Shown here in pieces: positions 32,485 through 42,037 of a stretch of 64,000 nucleotides of DNA; positions within the stretch are counted from its first letter, which is position 1, and the number at the start of each line of letters is the position of its first letter. The stretch is from Gemmatimonadaceae bacterium (GTDB lineage Bacteria; Gemmatimonadota; Gemmatimonadetes; Gemmatimonadales; Gemmatimonadaceae). The stretch lies in NCBI GenBank assembly GCA_051859245.1, contig JBHYGA010000001.1, positions 1,597,722-1,661,721 of the forward strand, written 5' to 3'. The notes below the pieces were generated by a model, which was not told the DNA's origin, searched no databases, and saw only the letters and a program-made list of their open reading frames with translations. Position numbers and translations under genes: made by a program.

Positions 32485-33529
32485 GCCCGGATCGCCGGAC
32501 GCGCTCCGGCTGGCAATACGTCGTCTCGCGAGCGGCGAATCACTCGATGCCGATACGATCACTGGAGCCTTTGATGTCATCATGCGCGGCGAAGGCACGC
32601 CCGCGCAGGTGGCGGCGCTGCTCATGGCGCTTCGCGTCAAGGGCGAGACAGTAGCGGAAGTTGCGGGTGTCGCGCGAGCGCTGCGTCGTGCGATGATCAC
32701 CATTGACGTGCCCGACGCCGCATTTGTCGTGGATACGTGCGGCACCGGTGGCGGGACGCTCACCACGTTCAACATTTCCACCGCGGCGGCGCTCTTGGCT
32801 GCCGGCGCAGGCGTGCGTATCGCCAAACATGGCAATCGCTCGTTCACATCGCGCTCCGGCAGTGCTGATGTGCTGGAGGCGCTTGGTGTGGCCATCGATG
32901 GTCCACCCGAGGCGATGATTCGCGCGCTGCACGATGCAGGCATCACCTTCATGTTCGCACCGCTGATGCATCCGGCCATGCGGCACGTGGGTCCGGTGCG
33001 GCGTGAGCTCGCGATTCCAACGGTCATGAACATTGTCGGTCCGCTGGCCAATCCGGCGCGCGCGGGCCGGCAGGTGGTGGGCGTAGCAGATCGGGCGCGA
33101 CTGCCTCTGATCGCCGGTGCGTTGGCGGCGCTGGGCAGTGAGCGGGCGCTCGTGGTGCACGGCGAGCCCGGCATGGATGAAATTTCGCCGCTCGGCAACA
33201 CCACGGTGCTCGAAGTCACCGCGGAAGGCGTCCGCGAGTGGACAATCGACCCTGAATGGTCAGGCGTGCGAGGCGTGCGCGCGGAAGACCTGGCGGGCGG
33301 TGAGCCGGCCGAGAACGCGGCAGTGATTGAGGCCGTGCTGCGGGGCGAGGGTCCGCCAGCTGCGGAGGCCGCCGTGGTGCTCAACGCGGCGGCGGCGATC
33401 TACGTGTCTGGCACGCGCGAGAGCTATCAGGTTGCCATTGCGCATGCCCGCGAAGCGTTGCGCGATGGCGCAGGCTTGCGGGCATTGGCGAAGCTCCGCG
33501 GGTCGTTCGGACCGCCGCGCCCGGCGTAA
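32474..33529 (+). CDS. trpD: Anthranilate phosphoribosyltransferase
   Basis: DTCGTGG, FNIST, KHGNR..S.SGSADVLE, HPAMR and GPLANP. Confidence 0.97.
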   Translation: MPIEPGSPDALRLAIRRLASGESLDADTITGAFDVIMRGEGTPAQVAALLMALRVKGETVAEVAGVARALRRAMITIDVPDAAFVVDTCGTGGGTLTTFNISTAAALLAAGAGVRIAKHGNRSFTSRSGSADVLEALGVAIDGPPEAMIRALHDAGITFMFAPLMHPAMRHVGPVRRELAIPTVMNIVGPLANPARAGRQVVGVADRARLPLIAGALAALGSERALVVHGEPGMDEISPLGNTTVLEVTAEGVREWTIDPEWSGVRGVRAEDLAGGEPAENAAVIEAVLRGEGPPAAEAAVVLNAAAAIYVSGTRESYQVAIAHAREALRDGAGLRALAKLRGSFGPPRPA

Positions 33530-33554
33530 CCGGGCGACGGCGGTTTGGTACTGC

Positions 33555-34163
33555 TTAGTACCGGCGCAACACGCCAACCACGATGCCCTGAATGCGCACG
33601 TCGTCTTCGTGCACAATGAGCGGGGCCATGGTTTCATTGGCTGGCTGCAGCCGAATGCGACCATCTCGTTCACGGAAATACCGTTTGACAGTGGCGGCGG
33701 CGCCGTCGAGCAACGCGATGACCATTTCGCCGTTATCGGCGGAATGACGCTCATTGACCACCACATAGTCACCATCTTCGATGTGGTCTTCGATCATGGA
33801 TTCGCCGCGAACTCGCAGCACGTAGTGACTGCCATTGCGACGCAGGAACCCGTCTGGCACCGCAATGCTCTCGTTGTGCGACAACGCTTCAATGGGCGAC
33901 CCGGCCGCCACCAGCCCCAAGAGCGGCAACTCAACGGACCGCTGAAAAATGTCGCTCGGCAGAATCTCGATGGCCCGACTCTCATTGTACGAGCGCTTGA
34001 TGTAGCCTTTGCGCTCGAGATTCGTGAGGTGCTCGTGAACCGTGGCGAGCGAGTTATAGTTGAACCTGGAGGCGATCTCCTCGAAGCTCGGCGCGTAACC
34101 GTTGTCTTCGGCGTACGACGTGAGGAAACTCAGGATCTCGCGTTGGCGCTTGGTAAGCGGCAT
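33555..34163 (-). CDS. lexA: SOS repressor LexA
   Basis: LTKRQ, GYAPSFEEIA winged HTH, Ala-Gly cleavage site VAAGSP, catalytic Ser (GESMI) and Lys (TVKR); GGAG Shine-Dalgarno before the ATG at 34163. Confidence 0.97.
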   Translation of the reverse strand: MPLTKRQREILSFLTSYAEDNGYAPSFEEIASRFNYNSLATVHEHLTNLERKGYIKRSYNESRAIEILPSDIFQRSVELPLLGLVAAGSPIEALSHNESIAVPDGFLRRNGSHYVLRVRGESMIEDHIEDGDYVVVNERHSADNGEMVIALLDGAAATVKRYFRERDGRIRLQPANETMAPLIVHEDDVRIQGIVVGVLRRY

Positions 34164-34199
34164 GGCGGACTCCACAAGTGGGTGGGTACAGCGGTGGCG

Positions 34200-34263
34200 C
34201 CGAAGCAGAATTGCTCCCGAATACTTTCCGAAACAAGCTAACCGAACAGGGGCCGAAGTGCAA
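34200..34263 (-). promoter_or_regulatory. lexA promoter with two tandem candidate LexA operators (TTCGG-N6-TTCGG)
   Basis: Minus strand TTGCAC(34263-34258)-N17-TAGCTT(34240-34235). Plus-strand CCGAA occurs at 34200, 34217, 34228, 34242 and 34253, giving two pairs with 11-bp period. Confidence 0.72.
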
Positions 34264-35109
34264 GCAGTTGATGGACTCCGAGGATTAGATCCCAATCGCG
34301 CCGACGTCTGGACACCACCCACCGGAACGCTTGGACGACTCACCGATGCCGCGCATGCGCGCGCCGCACGGGTGGTTCACACCCTGCCGGCGCTCAAATC
34401 GCAGTGCGCGGATCTGCCGGCGCCGCCCTCATTCGAGACGGCGCTGCGCCGCGAAACGCTGGCCATCATCGCCGAAATCAAGCGTGCGTCCCCGTCCAAA
34501 GGACACATCGCGCCGGGACTCAACGCCCGCGAACAGGCCGAGGCGTACGAGCGCGGTGGCGCCGCGGCGATTTCTGTCTTGACCGAGCCCGATGAGTTCG
34601 GGGGCTCGCTCGACGATCTGCGTGAGGTGGCGCGTCATGTCGCGCTGCCCGTGCTGCGCAAGGATTTCATCGTGCACGCGGTGCAGATCTGGGAAGCACG
34701 CGCGGCGGGCGCGGCCGCCGTGCTGTTGATCGCGCGATCGCTCTCACCGGACGCGTTGCCCGCCCTGTACCAGGCATCCCGTGCAGCCGGGTTGGATGTG
34801 CTCGTCGAGGTCCGTGACGCCCGAGAGATGCAGCGAGCCATCGATGTTGGGGCGCGCGTGATTGGCGTGAACAACCGCAATCTGGAAACGCTGGTGATTG
34901 ATCCCGCAACCGCTCCGCAGCTCATGCATCTGGTACCGCCAGATCGCATTGCCGTGGCCGAGAGTGGTATGGCATCGGTGAACGACGCAACGGCGGCGCA
35001 ACAGGCCGGTGCAGACGCACTGCTCATCGGGTCGGCGATCTCCGCGGCGACCGATCCGGCGCATGCTGTGGCTGCGTTTGCGCAACTCACGCGCGTGGCG
35101 CGTGCCTGA
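34258..35109 (+). CDS. trpC: Indole-3-glycerol phosphate synthase
   Basis: IIAEIKRASPSKG, ISVLTE, LRKDF, GVNNRNL and AESG. Start placed at the GTG at 34258 (uncertain). Confidence 0.95.
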   Translation: MQAVDGLRGLDPNRADVWTPPTGTLGRLTDAAHARAARVVHTLPALKSQCADLPAPPSFETALRRETLAIIAEIKRASPSKGHIAPGLNAREQAEAYERGGAAAISVLTEPDEFGGSLDDLREVARHVALPVLRKDFIVHAVQIWEARAAGAAAVLLIARSLSPDALPALYQASRAAGLDVLVEVRDAREMQRAIDVGARVIGVNNRNLETLVIDPATAPQLMHLVPPDRIAVAESGMASVNDATAAQQAGADALLIGSAISAATDPAHAVAAFAQLTRVARA

Positions 35110-35776
35110 CGCCGCATCGCACGTGCAAGCGCCACGCATCAAGTTCTGCGGACTCACGAAACAGACGGACGCGCAGTACGCCGCTGAACTCGGCGCCGCG
35201 TTCGTAGGCGGTATTCGCGCCGGTGGTCCGCGCCTGCTCGGCACCGACGCCTGGCGCGACACCATGCGCGGATTGCCGGCGAACGTGTTGCGCGTTGCGG
35301 TACTTGGCGCGTTGTCGCCCGAAGAGGTGATGGCAGAAGTCGAGTCACTCGGCGCGGACATCGCACAGTTGCACGGTGATCCCGTCGCGACTGAAGTGGC
35401 GCTTCTTGCAAAGAGCGGCGTGCGCGTATGGCCGGTGCTTCGCGTGTGCGGCCACGAGCTGCCGCGCGAGGCCTGGGCGCTGGCGGCGCACGCCGACGCG
35501 CTTGTGCTCGACGCGCTCGTGCAGGGGCAACTTGGTGGCACGGGTGTCGCGCTGAACTGGCAGGCACTGCGCGAGAGCGTGGAACGTTGGCGACACGAGT
35601 TCCCGAACGTACAACTCGTGTTGGCGGGCGGGCTGAATGCGGACAATGTCGCGCACGCCATTCAACTGCTTGCGCCCGATGTCGTCGACGTATCTTCAGG
35701 AGTGGAAATCGCACCGGGGATCAAGGATCCCGAGCGGATGCGAGCCTTTGCAGACGCAGTTCGAGGAAGTCATTGA
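35102..35776 (+). CDS. trpF: Phosphoribosylanthranilate isomerase
   Basis: IKFCGLT, QLHG, GGTG, LAGGL and DVSSGVE..PG.KD. Confidence 0.95.
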   Translation: MPDAASHVQAPRIKFCGLTKQTDAQYAAELGAAFVGGIRAGGPRLLGTDAWRDTMRGLPANVLRVAVLGALSPEEVMAEVESLGADIAQLHGDPVATEVALLAKSGVRVWPVLRVCGHELPREAWALAAHADALVLDALVQGQLGGTGVALNWQALRESVERWRHEFPNVQLVLAGGLNADNVAHAIQLLAPDVVDVSSGVEIAPGIKDPERMRAFADAVRGSH

Positions 35777-36981
35777 TGGAACCCACGGGAGCAGTACTGG
35801 CGGAGCGGGACGGAGACCGGTTTGGCGGATTCGGCGGACGGTACGTGCCGGAAACGCTGGTCCCGGCGCTCGATGCACTTGATGCCGAGTTCGATGCGGC
35901 GATGGTTGATCCGGCATTCCTCGCCGAGCTCAACGACATGCTGCGCAACTATGTAGGCCGGCCCACGGCACTGAGCACCGCGCCGCGCCTCTCGGACCTG
36001 GTCGGTGCGCCGGTCTGGCTCAAGCGCGAAGACCTCAATCACACGGGCGCCCACAAGATCAACAATACGGTGGGGCAGGCACTGCTGGCGCGTCGCATGG
36101 GAAAGACCCGGATCATCGCGGAAACGGGCGCCGGACAGCATGGCGTGGCCACCGCGACGATTTGTGCCCGGTTCGGGTTGGAGTGCGTCGTATATATGGG
36201 CGAGGAAGACATGCGACGGCAGTCGCTGAATGTGTTCCGCATGCGGCTCATGGGAGCGACGGTTATTCCCGTGACCGCCGGCACCCGCACTCTCAAGGAT
36301 GCAACCAGCGAGGCCATTCGTGATTGGGTCACCAATGTTAACGAAAGCCACTACATCATCGGCTCGGTCGTCGGACCAGCGCCGTATCCGCGTATGGTGC
36401 GCGACTTCCAGCGCGTGATCAGTCGCGAGGCACGTGCGCAGATGCTTGAGCGGGCCGGGCGGTTGCCCCGGACCGTGGTCGCGTGCGTTGGTGGCGGGTC
36501 CAACGCCATGGGCGCGTTTGCGGACTTTGTGAACGATGCCGATGTCGAGCTCGTGGGTGTGGAAGCGGCCGGTGAGGGGTTGGGTACGGATCGCCACTCG
36601 GCATCGCTGACCAAAGGCACACCAGGTGTGTTGCACGGCGCGTTGAGCTACCTGCTGCAGGACGAAGCCGGTCAGGTGCATCCGGCGCACTCCATTTCCG
36701 CCGGCCTCGACTATCCAGGCGTAGGTCCTGAGCACGCATTCCTCAAAGACAGCGGGCGCGCGGAGTACGTGAGTGTCACCGATGCGGAAGCCCTCTCGGG
36801 TGTCTCCGTGTTGAGTCGCCTCGAAGGCATCATTCCCGCGCTGGAGACCGCACACGCCGTCGCGTGGATTGTGCGGGAGAAGGGACGGTGGGCGGCAGAC
36901 GAACCCGTACTGCTCTGCGTGAGTGGTCGCGGCGACAAGGATGTCGGCACCATGACCGAACACTTGTTGCCCACTTTGTGA
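35776..36981 (+). CDS. trpB: Tryptophan synthase beta chain
   Basis: [46 protein letters not shown] and SGRGDKD. Confidence 0.98.
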   Translation: MEPTGAVLAERDGDRFGGFGGRYVPETLVPALDALDAEFDAAMVDPAFLAELNDMLRNYVGRPTALSTAPRLSDLVGAPVWLKREDLNHTGAHKINNTVGQALLARRMGKTRIIAETGAGQHGVATATICARFGLECVVYMGEEDMRRQSLNVFRMRLMGATVIPVTAGTRTLKDATSEAIRDWVTNVNESHYIIGSVVGPAPYPRMVRDFQRVISREARAQMLERAGRLPRTVVACVGGGSNAMGAFADFVNDADVELVGVEAAGEGLGTDRHSASLTKGTPGVLHGALSYLLQDEAGQVHPAHSISAGLDYPGVGPEHAFLKDSGRAEYVSVTDAEALSGVSVLSRLEGIIPALETAHAVAWIVREKGRWAADEPVLLCVSGRGDKDVGTMTEHLLPTL

Positions 36982-38705
36982 CGTCAGTGATCAGCGCCCC
37001 GGTCGAACAGGACGTCGCCTCTCATCCGTTGATTGAAGAGGCGTTGCGGACGTTTGCCAAGGCGTTCAGGGCGTGGCAGTTGTATTTGCCAAACAATCCA
37101 ACACGCGAACGGGCGCTGAGCATTTCACGCGCAGCGTTCGTCGCCTGTTGGACTGCAGGGATTGAGCAAATCCGGTTGCAGGTGCGGGAAGCGGAGTTTC
37201 TGCACAACGGGCATCCGGTCCTCCGTGAACTCGAACGACCATCCGACGGAATCCCGTGGATTCTCTATCGTGATGGATTTCGCGAGCTCACGATCATGCC
37301 GGGCTTCGAAACCGAAGCGCTGGACGCAATGCTGGCGTTGCTCCAGCGCGCTCGACAGGCAGCGCCCGACGATGACGATCTCGTCACCATGCTCTGGGTC
37401 GCCGACCTCGAGTCGCTGCACTATCGCTACGTCGAGGTGGGCACCAACTACGATGGTCTGCTGAGCCCGGGCGCGCACGCCGCGGGCGGTACCGGGGCCG
37501 GCAGCACAGAGTATGTTCGCCCCGCGCCGCGCGCCGAAGCACTCGATGACGCGCCCGCGTTTGAATCTGCGGCGCCTGCGGGTTTGGTGCGCGTTGAAGA
37601 CTTCGACAGCACGCTGTACTTCCTCGATCGTCGAGAGCTGGCGTATCTGCAGGAGGAGGTGCGCGCCGAATTCTCGGCCGATCCGCGACGCGAAGTGCTT
37701 TCGATTCTGTTTGATATTGTGGAGGTACAATCAGACTCCGCGGTGCGCGCAGAAGCGATTGATCGGATTGACGAGCTGATGGTGAATCTCCTCACTACCG
37801 GCACCTACGATCTGGTGGCGCTCGGGCTTCGCGAAGCTACAGAAACGCTGCGTCGTGTTCCGGAGCTTGATGAACGCGCGCGCCATCGCGTGCTCTCACT
37901 CGCCGATCGTTTGAGCGAACCGGGTGTGATTGGGCAGTTGCTCCAGGCTGTGGACGAAGGCACGCGTGCGCCTGGCGCCGAAACACTCGAAGCGCTGGTG
38001 TCGGAGCTGCGTGGCGGTGCGCTCGCGCCGCTGCTGTCGTGGGTCACGCACTCGGCACCCGGACCGGCGCGTGCGGCCGTTGAACGCGCGGTCGTGGGAC
38101 TTGCCGAACGACAGACAGGCGAACTTGTGCGTTTACTCACCAGTGATGACGCGTCTACGGCACTGGGCGCGATTCGACTGAGCGGACGTTTGCGAACTGC
38201 GGCGGCGGTACCAACACTTTCGCAACTGGTACGCACCAGCGATCTCGCCGTGCGTGTAGAAGTGGTGCAGGCACTCGCCTCCATTGCATCGCTTGGCGCC
38301 ATGCAGGCGCTTGAATCGGCACTTGATGATCCTGAACGAGACGTTCGCGTCGCGGCGCTCAAAGCGGTTGGCGCGCAGCGACACGCGGGCGCGCTCTCGC
38401 GTCTCACCGCGGCGCTGCGCAAGAAGGAACTGCGCACGGCGGATCGCAGCGAAAAAACCGCGCTCTTTGATGCGTTTGGTGCGGTGTGCGGCGACGCGGG
38501 CGTCCCCGCACTTGATGCCGTGCTGAACGCGCGTTCACTGCTCGGCCCGAAGGAATCACCGGAAATGCGGGCCTGCGCGGCGCGTGCGCTCGGACTCGTC
38601 GGCACCGAATCCGCTTTTGCGTCGCTTCGCAAGTCGGCGGATACGCGCGATGCCGTGGTGCGCAACGAAGTGGCGCGCGCCCTGCGAGTGGGAGGCAATG
38701 CGTGA
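36978..38705 (+). CDS. HEAT-repeat protein with uncharacterised N-terminal domain
   Basis: C-terminal HEAT/PBS-lyase-like repeats ([44 protein letters not shown]); GTGA overlap with the trpB stop. Confidence 0.85.
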   Translation: MTSVISAPVEQDVASHPLIEEALRTFAKAFRAWQLYLPNNPTRERALSISRAAFVACWTAGIEQIRLQVREAEFLHNGHPVLRELERPSDGIPWILYRDGFRELTIMPGFETEALDAMLALLQRARQAAPDDDDLVTMLWVADLESLHYRYVEVGTNYDGLLSPGAHAAGGTGAGSTEYVRPAPRAEALDDAPAFESAAPAGLVRVEDFDSTLYFLDRRELAYLQEEVRAEFSADPRREVLSILFDIVEVQSDSAVRAEAIDRIDELMVNLLTTGTYDLVALGLREATETLRRVPELDERARHRVLSLADRLSEPGVIGQLLQAVDEGTRAPGAETLEALVSELRGGALAPLLSWVTHSAPGPARAAVERAVVGLAERQTGELVRLLTSDDASTALGAIRLSGRLRTAAAVPTLSQLVRTSDLAVRVEVVQALASIASLGAMQALESALDDPERDVRVAALKAVGAQRHAGALSRLTAALRKKELRTADRSEKTALFDAFGAVCGDAGVPALDAVLNARSLLGPKESPEMRACAARALGLVGTESAFASLRKSADTRDAVVRNEVARALRVGGNA

Positions 38706-40180
38706 TGCAGCGAACGGCGGCGCAGGACGCAAGCAGCTCCGCACGCGCGAGCGGGCCGCTGTTTGACGCGAATGACGAGCGACGCGCGCGAGCCGTCGTG
38801 GTGTCGCTCCACGGTGCCCTTCGGGCCGTGCGTTTGTACCCGATCGAGAATAGCGCGGTACAAAAAGCTCTGGCCGAGTTAGACGCCAGTTGTGGTCGCG
38901 TGATGTCCGATGGCGCGTCGTGTGAGGTGCGCCGGACCGGCGATTTCATTTTTGTGAATGAAGCGCGCGTTCGACTTGCGCTCGACAACTACGCGGCGGT
39001 GGCGTACGTGCTGTCGTTGTTTCGCGAGGCGGGCATTGGCAGTTTGCGCGTCACGCAGCGTGCCGAGCCGAGGGCGTGGGTGGTGCTGCTGGCATTCCTG
39101 CAGGCTCCGCCGCTTGAGTATCCGGAAGACGCGCGGCTCGGACAGCTCGAGCAGCGACTCGCACAGGCCGATGTCCACTGTTTTGAGTTTGATCCTCCGG
39201 CCGACGAACTCGAGTCGGAAGATGAACTCGATGCCCGAGAGCGGGCGCGTCAAACGTACATGCGTTCACTTGACGTGACGCGTGACGTGATGAATGCGGC
39301 GCGGCTGGGACGGAGCCCGAGTCTGAAGCGCGTCAAGCGCGCGGTGCAGGGCATCGTTGACAGCATACTCACCGATGCGTCATCGCTGATTGGGTTGACG
39401 ACGTTGCGCGAGTTTGACGAATACACATTTGTACACAGCGTGAATGTGTGCATTCTGTCCGTGTCGCTCGGTCGCCGGCTCGGGCTATCAAAGCCGCAGT
39501 TGCTGGATCTCGGCGTAGCCGCGCTGCTGCACGATATCGGAAAATCGCGCGTACCCACCGAGGTGTTGAACAAACGCGGCGCGCTGGATGATGCGGAACG
39601 ATCGCTGATTCAGACGCATACGTGGCAGGGGTTGCTCACCATCTTCTCGCTCCCGGTGGGTTCAGGACGCCCCTGGCGTGCGATGGTGTCCACCCATGAG
39701 CATCACATGCGCATGGACCTGAGCGGCTATCCCGTGAGCGTCCGTCCGCGTCGCTTGAGTTTGCTCAGCCGCATCATTGCGGTCGCCGACGGATTTGATG
39801 CCGCTACGACCACGCGTGTGTATCAGGACACCCCGTGGTCGCCCGCCGATGTGCTGCAGGGTATGCGTGATAACGCGCGCTTGGGCTTTGACTCGGTACT
39901 GGTAAAGGCGTTCGTCAATCTCACCGGCATTTACCCGATCGGCACGGTGGTGGTACTCGACTCATTCGAGTTGGGCCTCGTGCACGCGGCCAATCCCGAC
40001 GAGACCGCGCTTTCACGTCCGATTGTGCGCGTGCTCTCGGACGCCCAGGGCAACATGCTGCCGGAGCCGCCGCTGGTGGACTTGTTGGCAAAGGACGCGG
40101 CAGGTCATTATCTCCGAACCATCATCCGGACCGACGACCCCGATCGCTGGGGTATTCGCGTGTCCGACTACTTCGCTTGA
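38702..40180 (+). CDS. HD-GYP domain protein (predicted cyclic di-nucleotide phosphodiesterase)
   Basis: EYTFVHSVNV, LLHDIGK, HT..G, EHH.RMDLSGYP and IIAVADGFDA; GTGA overlap with the HEAT gene. Confidence 0.9.
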   Translation: MMQRTAAQDASSSARASGPLFDANDERRARAVVVSLHGALRAVRLYPIENSAVQKALAELDASCGRVMSDGASCEVRRTGDFIFVNEARVRLALDNYAAVAYVLSLFREAGIGSLRVTQRAEPRAWVVLLAFLQAPPLEYPEDARLGQLEQRLAQADVHCFEFDPPADELESEDELDARERARQTYMRSLDVTRDVMNAARLGRSPSLKRVKRAVQGIVDSILTDASSLIGLTTLREFDEYTFVHSVNVCILSVSLGRRLGLSKPQLLDLGVAALLHDIGKSRVPTEVLNKRGALDDAERSLIQTHTWQGLLTIFSLPVGSGRPWRAMVSTHEHHMRMDLSGYPVSVRPRRLSLLSRIIAVADGFDAATTTRVYQDTPWSPADVLQGMRDNARLGFDSVLVKAFVNLTGIYPIGTVVVLDSFELGLVHAANPDETALSRPIVRVLSDAQGNMLPEPPLVDLLAKDAAGHYLRTIIRTDDPDRWGIRVSDYFA

Positions 40181-40208
40181 TTACAGCCCTCGGGCCGCAG
40201 CTTCTGAC

Positions 40209-41000
40209 GTGAACGCTACCACTGCTACGCCGTCCAGCATCGACGCGCGCTTTACTCAGCTGCGCGCCGAAGGTCGGCGTGCGCTCGTTGCCTACGTAAC
40301 CGCCGGACATCCAACGCCCACCGATAGCGTCGCGCTGATGCGCGGGCTTGAGCAGGCGGGCGTCGATATCCTTGAAATCGGTGTGCCCTTCTCGGATCCG
40401 CTGGCCGATGGACCAGTTATTCAGCGCAGCTCGCAGATTGCGATTGAGCACGGCATGTCGCTGAATCGCACGCTCGAGCTCATTGCTGAAGCGAAGCTCA
40501 CCATTCCGGTGGTGTTGTTTTCCTATCTGAACCCGATCATGGCAGGCGGGGCGGATGTGCTTAAGCGCGCCAAAGCTGCGGGCGTCGCGGGAGTGCTCGT
40601 CACGGATATGCCGGTCGGCGCCGATCCCGTACGCGAGGCCTGGTTCGGCGAGAGTGGTCTCGATTTTGTGCGGTTGGTCGCGCCAACCACGCCGTCCGAA
40701 CGCATGGCCGAGATCGGTCGACACGGTGGCGGGTTTGTCTATCTCATTTCACGACTCGGTGTGACCGGTGAGCGTGAGACACTCGCGCTCGATCTACCAG
40801 ACTCCGTGTCTCGACTGCGCGCCGCAACCACGCTGCCGATTTGTATTGGCTTTGGCATCTCCACGCCGGAACAAGCGCGCGCGGCCGCTGCGCTCGGCGA
40901 CGGTGTGATCGTCGGGAGCGCGATTGTGCGCGCGGCGGAGGAGTCCGTTGCGTCAGCGGTGGCGCTCGCCGTGTCATTGCGGGCGGCAATGGACACATGA
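40209..41000 (+). CDS. trpA: Tryptophan synthase alpha chain
   Basis: EIGVPFSDPLADGPVIQ, YLNP, LVAPTT, GFVYLISRLGVTG, GFGIS and DGVIVGSA. Confidence 0.97.
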   Translation: MNATTATPSSIDARFTQLRAEGRRALVAYVTAGHPTPTDSVALMRGLEQAGVDILEIGVPFSDPLADGPVIQRSSQIAIEHGMSLNRTLELIAEAKLTIPVVLFSYLNPIMAGGADVLKRAKAAGVAGVLVTDMPVGADPVREAWFGESGLDFVRLVAPTTPSERMAEIGRHGGGFVYLISRLGVTGERETLALDLPDSVSRLRAATTLPICIGFGISTPEQARAAAALGDGVIVGSAIVRAAEESVASAVALAVSLRAAMDT

Positions 41001-41566
41001 GTCGTTCGGAGGCGTCGCACTCAACACCTGGCAGTGTGCCGCGACTTCCATCGTGGGCGATCGCTTCGGACAAACGACGTGGTCACATCGCGCGCGTGAC
41101 GGCGCTGCTCGACGCGTGGAGTGAGGCGCTCGGCCTTGACGAGGCAACACGCCAGGCCTGGCATGATGCGGGGCGCTGGCATGATGCCGTGCGCGATGGC
41201 GACGAGACCACGCTCCGCACGAACGCAGGTCACGACACACGCCCTCTCGGTTTGCTTCATGGTCCCGTGGCGGCCGCGTGGCTGGCGCGCGACGGTGAGC
41301 GGCGTGACGACGTGCTCGATGCCGTTCGCTGGCATACCACCGGCTGGGCGCAGTGGGGCCCGTTGGGACGCGCACTCTACATGGCCGATTTCCTTGAACC
41401 TGGCCGTCCATTCATGCAAGCGGATCGTGCGTTTCTGGCGCACCTTGTGCCCGTGCAGTTTGACGCGGTCTTTCGTCAGGTGGTGCGGCTTCGTTTGGAG
41501 TGGGCGCTCCGCGAAGGAAAGGGATTTGCGCCCGAGACAGTCGCGCTGTGGGACGCCGTTCGATGA
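40997..41566 (+). CDS. yqeK: YqeK-like HD hydrolase (putative Ap4A hydrolase)
   Basis: R..H...V, WHDA, LLHG, AVRWHTTG and YMADFLEPGR; ATGA overlap with trpA. Confidence 0.78.
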   Translation: MSRSEASHSTPGSVPRLPSWAIASDKRRGHIARVTALLDAWSEALGLDEATRQAWHDAGRWHDAVRDGDETTLRTNAGHDTRPLGLLHGPVAAAWLARDGERRDDVLDAVRWHTTGWAQWGPLGRALYMADFLEPGRPFMQADRAFLAHLVPVQFDAVFRQVVRLRLEWALREGKGFAPETVALWDAVR

Positions 41567-41587
41567 TCGCTGTCTCGTGAGCTGATC

Positions 41588-42037
41588 ATGCGACGACTTG
41601 TGTGGGTGAGTGTGCTTGTGACAGCGATCGCGGTGGTCGGTTTTGGCGTGTGGTACTTTCGTGCGCCAACCGCCGTTGAGGCACCGAACGCTTCAGCGGT
41701 TGCGATGGCGGAGCGCGATACCGCCGGCCTCGCACCGGACAGCGTGCGTGTTCGCGTTCGCGTGCTGAATGGCACGAAGATCACCGGCCTCGCACGACGC
41801 GGCACCCAGCGACTTCGTGACTATGGCTACGATGTGGTGGACTACAGCACCGCATCGGATTCAAGCGCGCGAACCATCGTGGAAGTCGATCGCAGCTCTC
41901 GCGCGTACGCCGATCGGATTGTCAGAGCGTTGGGTGGCGGCGTAGTACGAGAACGCGATGAACCGTCGCCGTACTACGATGTCACCGTCACGTTAGGAAG
42001 CGACTGGAAGCCGACGTCCCAGTCGTTCCGTCCGTAG
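41588..42037 (+). CDS. Membrane-anchored LytR C-terminal domain protein
   Basis: N-terminal TM helix, VRVLNGT..TGLA...L...G and DVTVTLGSD. Confidence 0.82.
   Translation: MRRLVWVSVLVTAIAVVGFGVWYFRAPTAVEAPNASAVAMAERDTAGLAPDSVRVRVRVLNGTKITGLARRGTQRLRDYGYDVVDYSTASDSSARTIVEVDRSSRAYADRIVRALGGGVVRERDEPSPYYDVTVTLGSDWKPTSQSFRP

Noticed and set aside
34200..34260. CCGAA repeats as a mini-CRISPR or iterons
   Set aside because: Repeats are 5 bp with 6-12 bp spacers and there are no cas or rep genes; position fits an operator.
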